Positions 1 to 11,026 of a stretch of 64,000 nucleotides of DNA are shown here, piece after piece; position 1 is the first letter of the stretch, and every line of letters starts with the position of its first letter. Source of the stretch: Chrysomallon squamiferum (Eukaryota; Animalia; Mollusca). The stretch covers positions 39,990,001 through 40,054,000 of the forward strand of contig CM022670.1 of assembly GCA_012295275.1 (NCBI GenBank), in the 5' to 3' direction. The position numbers were made by a program, and so were the translations under genes. Below the pieces are notes generated by a model. The model was not told the DNA's origin. It did not search any database and saw nothing but the letters and a program-made list of their open reading frames with translations.

Positions 1-588
1 ACAAACAGTCATACATACACACATACGTACACAGAAACACACACCAGCTTCCTGACACTTAATTTGATTTCAGTTGACAACATTCGGTGTAACGTTAACT
101 TTCTTATATAAAAGGAGTGCTACCTTTTGTTGTTAACATGGATTCTAGTTATGAAGTAAAAAAAAGATTTAAAAAGAAAAAAAAAAAAAAAACCTCTTTG
201 AAATAGAATTATTTTTTTTCATCCGTACACATTATCACCCAAACTCCCTTTTCAATACACAACTTTCTGATGTAATAAAATGCAAAAATATCGATTGTAA
301 TTCCAGCTGATGTACATTTCCATTCATTTATAAACACATTGTCTTGCTACAGCAATATGTTACATTCATATAGCTCAATTCTGCTTTATGCATTAATAAT
401 GTAAAACAACAGAAGGATTGTAGCAGCATTTTATTTAATGACTCACTCGACACATTTGTAATGTAAGATGAGAGATACGCGAAATCTGTTCATTCAGTTT
501 CAATCAAATGTAAACTACTCGTTCTTTGAGCCTAGTTTTTAAAATAAACTAGTAAAATAATCTTTGTTGTGTTTATTTTCTGTTTCAG

Positions 589-745
589 ATTTTTTGTATC
601 AGCTTTGTTGTGGCTCAACAAAACGCGAGCACACCAGGTAAGTTTGTGAATGTTCCAGCAAAAAACTCATTTAATAACTGTTACTATTGTTTGTTTGTTT
701 GAAGTTTAGTTATTTAATACTTTGTTTGTTTGTTTGTTTGTTTGT

Positions 746-811
<66 letters not shown>

Positions 812-1542
812 TATTTTTGTATTTATTTTATTTAATAAAATTTAATTTAATTTAAATTATTTATTTACATTACTTACTTAAATACTTATTTATTTTTATT
901 ATTAAACATTCAATTGTTGTTGTTGTTATAATCTTTTTTTGAAAAAGCATTGACCAAATACAGTTATTCAAACAGTCAACTGTTGATCCTTTACAAAAAT
1001 AATGATCGTAACGATTCTGAACTGGGATTAATGTGATTTAACGAGATAAAAAAAAAACGATCAAGTTTAATTTCTCTGCAGAGTGCGTATTAAATAGTTC
1101 TTCGTATTATTAACACGACTTGGTAAATGATTTCAGATCTACGCGAAGGTGCATGCAGATACAATTCATTTTCTGGTATCTTATGGTAACTTACGGAATT
1201 GCTTTCTCACGTCATTATTATCTAAATCTCTAACAACCATATTTGCTTTTTCCAGAAACTTCTGCTGAACAGTTTGAATGCAGCTTCAACGAAACGTGCA
1301 AAAGCGTGAATGGCAGCCTCACCGTCATCAACGGCAAAGTAATTTGTTGTTTGAATGGTCGGGTTCCGCTGGTAAACGTAATTAATGGCACCATGTCCTG
1401 CACGTGCGATCCGAAAATGACGATGACGGCAAAAGAAGCCTCGATTTTCCTTAGAATAATGATCGAGACTGAGGCGCGACGCATTGAAAACGAGATACAA
1501 GACTCGATTAGAAATATGGAACGTTTGATGAATTCTTTTTAA
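589..1542 (+). CDS. Small secreted cysteine-rich protein (5'-incomplete; family unknown)
   Basis: Phase-compatible exons with canonical splice sites: 589-637 (IFCISFVVAQQNASTP, resembles the end of a signal peptide), 1137-1175 (DLREGACRYNSFS) and 1256-1542 (ETSAEQFECSFNETCKSVNGSLTVINGKVICCLNGRVPLVNVINGTMSCTCDPK...ERLMNSF*). Several N-x-S/T sequons. AATAAA at ~1571. Start exon not identified. Confidence 0.55.
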
Positions 1543-2099
1543 AAAAAAACCAGAACACAAAACAAAAATAATAAAGCTTAGCAGTTACAAATGTTTATTA
1601 ATTATTTTTCTGTAGTAGTAGTAGTAGTAATGTCACGATGACTAGTCTGAGTGGTATTACTACCTAAAATTAGGGTAGCAGACTATAACAGCGTCACGTG
1701 ACACGGTGTTAATTATCTGAGACAGCTTAAACTACTAAATGACTATTCTGTATCCACTAGAGAACAACAACACAGACACGAATTCAGTATGGACAATTGG
1801 TATATATATATGTATGTATGTATGTATTTAGTTTACACAAATCAACCCGAAAGAGTCATATATAGTTATATAGTTAAATCTTACGGTTCGACGATATGTT
1901 ATGAAAGCAAACAGTGTTGACAAATAATACAAAACCAATTCAGCCCAGTTGATTACTTGATCTTTCTAGATACTCTTTTTAATTATTAAAATACATTAAC
2001 CTCGTATTATAAATTTAAGTACGTACGACAGAATAACACCATAAAAATTCAAAAGTAATAGATTAAGTTATCTTAAATAATTCAGTATGTATGTTACAT

Positions 2100-2103
<4 letters not shown>

Positions 2104-2160
<57 letters not shown>
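2104..2160. repeat. (AG)n microsatellite
   Basis: Perfect dinucleotide run. Similar runs at 2925-3013 and 62653-62730. Confidence 0.95.
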
Positions 2161-2163
<3 letters not shown>

Positions 2164-2337
2164 CAAGTCATTTGACTCCTATCAGAATACATAAAGTCTA
2201 GAAGAATATTCAGTCATTTTAGAAATTACAGTGTTTTGTCAACGGATTCTCTAGCGATAATTCAAGTCTGTGTAAGAAATGGAAACTGAGTATACTCCAA
2301 ACTTCTGACAGTTGGAAAGTTTTTTTTTTTTTTTCTT

Positions 2338-2918
2338 TTAGAAAAGTAATTCTGCAAATTTTGCAATTACATAAAAATATTTCCTTTCTTCTAAGGAAAG
2401 ATGATTGGCAACCTGCTTTTCCGGGACGAAGAAATTGTGAACTACGAGTTCTCCAGAAAGCATCGTCTGTACTGCTCTTAATACGTATTTTCTACAATTG
2501 CGAATGTTCTCCTTATTCCAGAACTCGTCACTCTTATTTGGACCGTTATACCAGATACTCCACATTAATGACCGTAGGTCGTAGGTAGAAAATCGGACAG
2601 ATTTTAACTTTGAAGGGCCAGTTTGTCCTTCGATTGGAAAATACTGTCGTGTTATTCCGGTGAACCGATGCAACTGTCCTCCAATGAAAGTGGTTGGAGC
2701 GTGGGAATTCAGATCTTCTTTTGCAATATCAAAAATCATTTTTACTGTCCGCAGAATCTGCTTTCGACAAGTGTCTCCGGTGGAATCAGCAAATTTTGTT
2801 ATTTCTTTTTCGGCATTATTAAACGCCAGTCTCCATAGAAGATCTTTTTTAACATGCTCTACAATTTTCAAAACAGCAGAATGTTATTTGTTTCATAGAA
2901 AAGAAACAGAGGAAAGTA

Positions 2919-3002
<84 letters not shown>

Positions 3003-4393
3003 GAGAGAGAGAGACAGATGCACGCAAACACAAACAAACAAACCTTTCTTGTAAGCTTTCGCCACAACATGATGACCTTTGTTTTTAATCTCGACAGGGA
3101 TTTTGCTGTTTATTTCATGAGATTGTGGCCAAAGTTCTAAGTGCAGGGCTGGAACTAAGTCAACATCAATGCCAGCGAATGACACTGGAACTGTTGGCGC
3201 ACCTTCATAGCTTCGTTCACCTGTTTAACGTTGTATACAAAACCATATAATCCAACTGCAGTTAATAAAGTATGTCTAGATATCATTTAACAAATTGTTC
3301 GTTATTTTTCATACCCACAGAGAAGATGAAAGTCAACTAGCACGAAGAATGTGGTTATTAATATGAAGATTGTGAATATAAATGTAGAAATAATACATAT
3401 TTATTTTAGTTCTTGTTATTTTCTATCTTTAGAATAATATAATTTGCATATAAATCAGTGATAAAACGTATTTCAGATGCTAAATAATAATTGTTATGAT
3501 ATTATTTTTTATTGTATGGGACTTTCGTTTATGTTGTTTCAATGGTGGAAACTAACTTCTCTCCTTCTTTTGCTGCGTAATCTACTGGAAGACATGACTA
3601 GGACTAGCGACAGTATGAGTGTTATGATAATAGCAGTGGTGGGAGTAGTCAGAGTAGAAACGTTTTTGTAAAAAGGTTTATATATTAAAACAAAGAAACA
3701 TTATAAATAAATAAGTGAGTGAGTAAGTAAGTAAATAATAAAAACGATAACTTACATTGCCATTTTTCTTGAGATTTAATAATATCCTCCAATTTACTTT
3801 TGAAATGATTTCGCCATTTCTTTGCATTGAGGAATCCATTTTCGCAGACAAGAATGAAACAGAACCCAGGAGGTGCGTCGTCAAACTCTGCTTCAATTGA
3901 TCCGCTTCGCAAATCAGGGACGAAAAGACAATCAAATTCGTCTGGCTCATAAACCTGTGAATTTGATTAAAAGGAGAAGCGAGTATGTGCATTACACTAT
4001 TTCTTCACTCAACTTCACTCACATAAAACTGATTTCGAAGATTCTGTAATAAAAACATAATCTGTTTTCTTCGTGTTGTTTATTTTTTAACGTGGGTTAA
4101 TGAAAGGTATAAATAATAATGGAACATACCTTAGTATTATCAAACATGGAACCTGAGTTGAAATACTCCCACTTCCATTCTGTGTTTGAACTGAGCTTTT
4201 CTATGATATATTGTCTTAGATCTATATATTCGTTTCTTGCAAAGCTGATTTGCTGTTGAACCAGGGTCACTTCTTCATGAAAAAATTTGTTCCATTCTGA
4301 TTCAAGCACATCTAGAGGGAAATTCGCTGATTTCGTACGACTTTGTATGAAATCGTCAAGAAAAGAGGTATCTATGAGTTTCGAGCAAGACAT
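2338..4393 (-). CDS. cGAS-like receptor (cGLR) / Mab-21 family nucleotidyltransferase, ~386 aa
   Basis: Exons 4393-4130, 3954-3756, 3220-3044 and 2858-2338, all GT-AG, phases 0/1/1, 1161 nt open. The spliced protein has NSGSMFDNTK|VYEPDEFDCLF (GS motif plus E-x-D), IDVDLVPAL (third Asp), WRLAFNNAEKEI, CRKQILRTVK, FSTYDLR and HNFFVPE, in the motif order of cGAS/Mab-21 enzymes. Confidence 0.9.
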
Positions 4394-4575
4394 TTTTAGA
4401 CGAAAATTTCCAACAAATATATTAAGTTAAATATCCTGAAAAAAAAAAGAATACAAAATAGAAAGAAAAACAATAATAATTTTAGTATAATATTTTCTTT
4501 ATTTAGGTTTATAAACATTAAAACAATACAATATAATAAAATCAAATAAATAATGGAATGAACTATTATGAAATA

Positions 4576-4606
<31 letters not shown>

Positions 4607-4663
4607 GACACGAAAAAACTAAACTGCTGATGAAAAGAACGATAAAGTTAACATTTTATTTTT

Positions 4664-5227
4664 GTGTCATGGCGTGTCAAATCACCCCCCACCCCAAAAC
4701 AAAAATTTAAACCCGAGCGTCTCAGGTTTTTATGAAACTTGGTATACTTGTTGACTGGGATCCCATAGCACCAAATGTGAAATTTTAGGCCAATCGGACC
4801 AGTAACCAAAAATATTACACCCAGGATACTTTTTTATGTTTTAGTTAACATGTGGGAGATTAAATTTCAATAAAGGTCATCTCAAAGTCACGTGATCCAG
4901 AAGGTCAATTTAAGATCATAGCAAAGGTCAAAAGGTCAGTGTGCCCCAAAATTGGAATCCTTGTCATATTGCCTTTTCAACAATACCAATTTTATGAAGA
5001 TTGGCTCAGTAGTTCCTGGGATATGATTGTTCAAAAGTTGGAGGTCAATCCCATTTTTGCCAAAAATCTCAAAATTCGGGGGACCATATCTCCCACACCA
5101 CTGATCCGATTGGGCTAATATTTCAGATTTGGTGCTGTGGGATCCCAGTCAACAAGTATACCAAGTTTTATAAAAAATCTGAGACGGTCGGGTTTAACCC
5201 ATTGGGTGATTTGACACGGAATGAACC
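4664..5227. mobile_element. Non-autonomous DNA transposon (MITE), ~560 bp, with ~130-bp imperfect terminal inverted repeats
   Basis: The left arm (gtcatggcgtgtcaaatcaccc...aaacttggtatacttgttgactgggatcccatagcaccaaat...ccaatcggaccagt) is the reverse complement of the right arm (actgatccgattggg...atttggtgctgtgggatcccagtcaacaagtataccaagttt...gggtgatttgacacggaatgaacc). TTTT flanks both ends. No ORF. Confidence 0.85.
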
Positions 5228-5434
5228 TTTTCTATTTATAATTGTTAGGCTTAAATAAAATACACAGAATTGTATTACCAGTGCTAAAGTGTGGTCAGTA
5301 TGTTATAAATCACGAATACTGTTTAAAATAAATGATTAACTCTAATTTGTTGATGTTTGAAAACACTTACAATGGTGCATAAGAAAAAAAAAAATAATAA
5401 TAATAATCACACATACACTATTCGCCTTTTTTTT

Positions 5435-5635
5435 AGTTAACATTTTATTTACCTATTTACATTTGTTACACGTAAAATACACAAAATGTTGTTACATACT
5501 TAACTACATTTACCACTGCTAAAGTGTGATGTCTGTCAGTATGTTATATGTCTGTCAATATGAGTACTATTTAAAATAAATAATTAAGTGTAATCATATA
5601 AGGTATAATTTGTTGACGTTGAAAAACATTTATAA
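5435..5635. repeat. ~200-bp local duplication unit (other copies at ~4640-5370, interrupted by the MITE, and ~6775-6980)
   Basis: All three copies share aaaatacac..aa, ctaaagtgtg..tcagtatgttat and tac.(a/g)tttaaaataaat.attaa blocks. Confidence 0.7.
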
Positions 5636-5640
5636 GGGAT

Positions 5641-5674
<34 letters not shown>

Positions 5675-5749
5675 TGTTTACATATTTATGACAAGATGTT
5701 ATGAAAATGACTCATTCGCGATTTTCTAATCATTCATTATCTTTGCCGT

Positions 5750-6512
5750 CTGGCGCCCTTTTCATTTTACTGGGGAAAAAAATCAATAATTCATGGAAAC
5801 ACATAAAAAGTTTACTTGGTTATGTGAAAAATTCTTACATTGTGTTAGATGAGTGAATGCCACATAAACAGAAACATCTATTTTAAGTAGTGAAATAGCG
5901 ACAAAGAAGGAATTTAACTGTCTCTTCTGCACCAGCTGACCTATATAATAACCTTATAGTGAAAGCAGTTAGAAAATAACCACAGGGATTAAATATAATA
6001 AAATTATTTGAAAATATCTGGCAGACACAAAGTAGTCAAATGAAACAACTGAAACATATTTTAGTATACAGATAATCATACAGAAAACATCGATTAATAT
6101 TTTGAAATATATATAAATTGGCGCGCTTTTCATTATAATAAATTGGCGCGCTTTTCATTATACTGAAAAAAGACTAATAATTCGTGGAAACACTAAAGCT
6201 GCATAAAAAGTTTACTTGGTTATGTGAAAAATTCTCACATGTGTTAGATGTGTGAATGCCACATCAACAAAAACATCTATTAAATAGTGAAATAGCGACA
6301 AAGAAGAATTTACCTGTCTCTTCTGCGCCAGCTTACCTGTGTACTAACCTTATGCACATGCGCAGTTTAAAAAAAAAGAAAAGTGAAAAAAAAAAAAGAA
6401 AAAAAAAAAAAAAAAAAACTTATTAGAAAATATGTGGGAGACACAGAAAGTAATCAAATGCAATAACCGAAACTGATTTTAGTGTATTGATAATCATACG
6501 GAAAATTTCGAA
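5750..6512. repeat. Tandem duplication of a ~390-bp unit upstream of the cGLR
   Basis: Copies at ~5750-6110 and ~6143-6512 share cataaaaagtttacttggttatgtgaaaaattc, gaatgccacat, tagtgaaatagcgacaaagaag and ctgtctcttctgc. A 26-bp micro-duplication (taaattggcgcgcttttcattata x2) lies at the junction. Confidence 0.8.
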
Positions 6513-6554
6513 GAATCCATTTATCTGTACTGTAAGTCGTATCTGACTTCTAGG

Positions 6555-6613
6555 TCACGAAAGTAAACCGGAATCTGTTCAAATTTTTAAATCGAAATTA
6601 CCGGGGATTTTCC
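6555..6613. promoter_or_regulatory. Candidate immune-inducible element: NF-kB site with adjacent IRF-like and ETS motifs
   Basis: GGGGATTTTCC at 6603-6613 matches the kB consensus. GAAAGTAAAC (IRF-E-like) runs into CCGGAA (ETS core) at ~6559-6573. The cluster is ~2.2 kb 5' of the cGLR ATG. Confidence 0.45.
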
Positions 6614-6978
6614 ATTGATTCTGACATAACATTTTCGGTATGTAGATTTCTAAACATTAAAACAATAAGATATAATAAAGTTAATTAAAATAATATGGAA
6701 TAGTATAAATTATAAAAATAATAAATAAACAAATGATAATTACTGGCACAAAAAAGCCTAAACAGCAGATGAAATGATAAAGTTAAGATTTTATTTCTCT
6801 ATTTTAGTATTTATAATTGTTAGACTTTCCTAAAATACACAGAATTTTATTACATACTTAACTACATTTATCAGTGCTAAAGTGTGGTGTATGTCAATAT
6901 GTTATAATCATGAGTACTATTTAAAATAAATGATTAAGTAATCAGATACGGTGTAATTTGTTTAACTTTGAACACACT

Positions 6979-7047
<69 letters not shown>

Positions 7048-7149
7048 TAAATAAATAAATAAATAAATAAATATAATAAACAACCTGAATGCACAAAGTA
7101 TATATAAATAGAACAACCAATCTGGTAAATCAGTCATTTTTTTTATTTA

Positions 7150-7355
7150 CAGAAACTGGTTGATCACTCATTTTGTTTAAATATAAATACACAATTTGGT
7201 TGATCATTCATTTTGTTTAAATATAAATACACAATTTGGTTGATCATTCATTTTGTTTGAATGTAAATACACAAACTGGTTGATCTCTCATTTTGTTTAA
7301 ATAAAATACACAATTTGGTTGATCATTCATTTTGTTTAAATCAAAATACACAAAA
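7150..7355. repeat. 39-bp minisatellite, ~5 copies, in the 3' region of the ERICH1-like gene
   Basis: Repeated unit aaatacacaatttggttgatcattcattttgtttaaatat. Confidence 0.9.
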
Positions 7356-7384
7356 CTTATCAGTCACTTTATTCACAAAGTATC

Positions 7385-8637
7385 TTAGGTACTGTTTGAA
7401 CCTAAATACACAAATTCTGATTTGCTGCTACACTGTTCCATTTGTTTGTTTTTATCTTTCCTTCTTTTCTTTTTCAGTTTTCTTTTTTGGTTTCTTGTCA
7501 GTTCTGGATTTGCTTTTATTTTTAAATCACAACTTTTCTCCTTTAAGTTAACAAGTACGGAATTATCTTCGCTTTGTTTCTTTTGTTTTCGTCTTCTTTT
7601 CCTTTTGCGAGAACCAATCTCCTCATCAGGAGAATCTAAGAAACAAAATAAAATAAAACAAAATTAATAATAATAATAATAATAATAATACTTTAAAATT
7701 TGGAATTAAACTTTATTAAACAGTATTAAAAATACATTCTGTATGTTTTTTACATATATAATGTATTTATGTAACATCTATGAACGTTTTTAAGACTTGA
7801 AATATTGTGTATGTAGGCTAATTTGTATGAATGTATGAATGTATCTAATGTTCTTAAGAACGAATTTTTTAAGACTTGAAATATTGAATGAATGTATGAA
7901 TGTATGTATGTATGTATGTATGTATGTATGTATGTATGAATGTATGTATCTCTTAATGTTCTTAAGACTTGAAAGCACGCGTGTGTGTGTGTGTGAAGAA
8001 AATCATGCTAATCACATTTTATGTTTGTAAAATAAAACCTTCAGTTGATGAACTTGATTTTTGTAAGTTTTCTTCCGAATTGTCAACACTTTCACTGACG
8101 TTTGACGGTGGCCATTTTTCTGGAAGTGCTGCACTGTAGATTTTTCTGGTTCGTGATGAGTTGGAGGTTTCAGCTGGACATTTTATTGTTTCAATCTCGC
8201 TGTGTATATCACTATCTTCTGAATCAGAACAGCCTTTTGTTCCATATAAACGACTGAGAAGCTTGTTCTTGAACACTAAGAGAGACACACAGAGAGAAAA
8301 ACACAACATTAAACGTTTTCTTCAATTACAAAATAAGTATATGTACACTACAGTTATTGCGTACGTTATTAAACGCAGATTAAAATGAACCACACTACCA
8401 GGAAATCAAACTCTTGATTTACAACGCATCTTTAATCTTAGAGCAAGACCGTAATTAATTTTCTGGAGGTGCAGTTATTTTACCAAACTAAAGGCTAAAA
8501 CAGATTTTATGTTCAGAAAAACCTATTTCGACATTTATTAACACACTCACACATGCTCATGCACACCCGCGACTAGGATTCTTAGCTTAAAGACGTTTCG
8601 TCAGTTGATGCAAACCTTCCGTTTTATCCGTTTCCAT
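7385..8637 (-). CDS. ERICH1: ERICH1-like (N-terminal region) Lys/Arg-rich nuclear protein, ~169 aa
   Basis: Exons 8637-8616 (METDKTE), 8275-8039 (VFKNKLLSRLY...RKIYSAALP) and 7635-7385 (DSPDEEIGSRKRKRRRKQKK...LTRNQKRKLKKKRRK...EFVYLGSNST*), phases 1/1, 510 nt open. The motifs recall vertebrate ERICH1 (VFVEKVLQRLF, RRLYTASGPP, SKNKKRKLKKK). Confidence 0.65.
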
Positions 8638-8908
8638 ATTTGCACAGCGTAATAGGTTCCACCAGCACTATTCTGTCATGGAGAAAGTTAAAACAGAAAA
8701 CATAAAGTCCACTGTTCTTGTATCTTGTGCTGGAATTATCGTCATATTTCCCGGGAACAAATGAAATTGAACTTATTTACCGTTTTACAAAAAATTATGA
8801 AGGGAAATAACTCTAACTAGCGATCCCTAAGAGTTAAATCTTTTCTTGTATAAAAAGTCATGCCCACCTGAGCTCTATATGTAGAGTTGTATTTGCAATA
8901 AAAGAATT

Positions 8909-8968
<60 letters not shown>

Positions 8969-9395
8969 AAAAATAATAAATAAAATAATAAAAAAATCAT
9001 ATTCCCGGGAAAGTAAATAATATTTTATTATGCTAAATTCTGATATCATCCAAATAAAGCAAATTGCAAAATTAACAAGAGTAAATGTTAACGATGTTCA
9101 TGTATACACACTTACTCTTCTTATTATTATCAATGATATTATCATTATAATATTATTTATAATTTAATTATTTAATAATAGCAAAATATCAGAGTAAGCT
9201 ACTTCTTTACAAAATCCAAAGTACACTTACTTCTATACTTTTTATTATTATTTTTGTTATTTATGTTTTTTTGTTTTTTTTTTGTTTAATTGTTTTATCT
9301 TTTAATACAATTTTATATGTAATAATATTTTCAAAAATATTTATATCTAGTAATTGGAACTAATATATTTGTAGTCGTTATTGTAGACTCGATTG

Positions 9396-9428
<33 letters not shown>

Positions 9429-9980
9429 TTATGCCCACACATAAAATAATAAAAATACGAGAGAAAATGAAAAAATAAATCAACAAGGATTTATAAACGT
9501 GCCTATACATATATTATTATTTGTAATCACATTTCTTATATTGATAATATTTGTTTGTACTATATGCATATATGTTGATTTGAACTTCTGTAAAAGTGAT
9601 GATTATTATAATTACATTAATTACTGTTTCTAAATTAATATTATTCATCGCTACCTGGAAGCATATTCCTTTGGTTGTTTGTAAAAATATAAGCGTACAG
9701 GACTGGTTTTAAATTAAACAGTTGTGAATTCTACTCATAATGTGAACACATCTCACCATAAGAGTTAAGATCTGCAGTTTTGAGTCAAACCATCTATTTT
9801 CTTGACTAGTGTTGAAAGTATCACAGAGAGAGAGAGAAAAAGAGACATTTTCAAATAACAGAATAATTATCGACACTTCAGTATTCTGTATTTTAACAGA
9901 GGCGTTTATAATACTCCGACAAACTTGTATTAAATTAAACAACGGCAGTTCTTTAAAAAGCACAACCAGCTGATGAAAAA

Positions 9981-11026
9981 ATGGTTGCTGGAGAGAAGGT
10001 GAAGCGTTGCACATTATGTCGTAAGTTATGCCGAACACCGCCATGCAATCCATCGAAGAGAAGAAAATTTGCTAACCTAATGGTATGTGATAACGTTTTT
10101 GGCATTTCTCCAAAAGTGGTTGTAAATTCAAGATTCTGTTCTCCGTCTGCTACTAAACCGACCTATTCATCTATTAAGTCACCGAACGTTCCCCATCTAC
10201 GCAAAAAGACGTGCAGCTGGGGGCCTTGCTGGGGTCGGGCGGGTTTGGTTCGGTGTTTCGGGGAATATACAGAAAACAAGCCGTGGCAGTGAAGATTTTG
10301 CACAAAATCAAGAAAAACAAGAAGGCTCAGTTTCAGAGTTACAAGGCTGAATTAAGAATTCTGTATTTTAAAAATCCATACGTTGTGAGATCGCTAAACG
10401 CTACGCCGTTAGATCAGTACCATGATGGTCCTTGGATTGTAATGGAACTTGTTGGACCTAAGAATATGCAGCAGGTACTAAATGATGCCAACGAACATCT
10501 GGCTCAAAGCAGACGAACGAAATACGCACTGCAAATTGCACGTGCACTGCATTACGCTCACACAAACTGTGTCGTCCATCTTGATCTGAAACCCGCAAAT
10601 ATATTTGTTACGGAAAATGACGATGTCAAAGTTGGCGATTTCGGATGCTGCCAGCAGATCGATCATGAAACGGGCATTCCAAGTCTGCTGGATGAAAGAT
10701 CAGATCTGACAGGTACATTCGCTTACAGGGCACCTGAATTACTGAAGGGTGATGCTCCTACCGTTCAAGCAGACATTTATTCGTACGGTATTACCCTATG
10801 GCAAATGCTTTCCAGAGAAAACCCCTATGGTGACCAGAATCAACACATGGTGATTTTCTGTGTTGTTTCTCAGAATCTGAGGCCATATTTACCCGACACT
10901 GGCAATGACCCATTTGAGGAGCTTTATCAGAATTTGTACGTACAGTGTTGGAGTGCAGTACCAGAGAAAAGACCCACATCTGCAGACTTGATAAATATCC
11001 TGAAGTTGTGGAAACAGTATGTGTAA
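9981..11026 (+). CDS. MOS: Mos proto-oncogene Ser/Thr kinase (oocyte MAPKKK), intronless, with a -1 frame break at ~10203-10208
   Basis: The kinase ORF 10211-11026 has LGSGGFGSV, VAVK, HLDLKPANI, GDFGCCQ, GTFAYRAPELLKG and ADIYSYGITLWQM, which are Mos-type signatures. The N-terminal ORF from ATG 9981 is in another frame. One extra A in CGCAAAAAGAC joins them into ~348 aa, the typical Mos length. Confidence 0.92.

Noticed and set aside
1631-1840. Possible solo-LTR remnant beginning TGTCACG
   Set aside because: No second end, TSD or primer-binding site could be identified.
3545-3670. Hydrophobic TM-like reading (STLTTPTTAIIITLILSLVLVMSSSRLRSKRRRE) in cGLR intron 2
   Set aside because: There is no AG acceptor in front of it, and the nearby AG/GT pairs give 25- or 28-nt frame-breaking exons. 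The gene splices cleanly without it.
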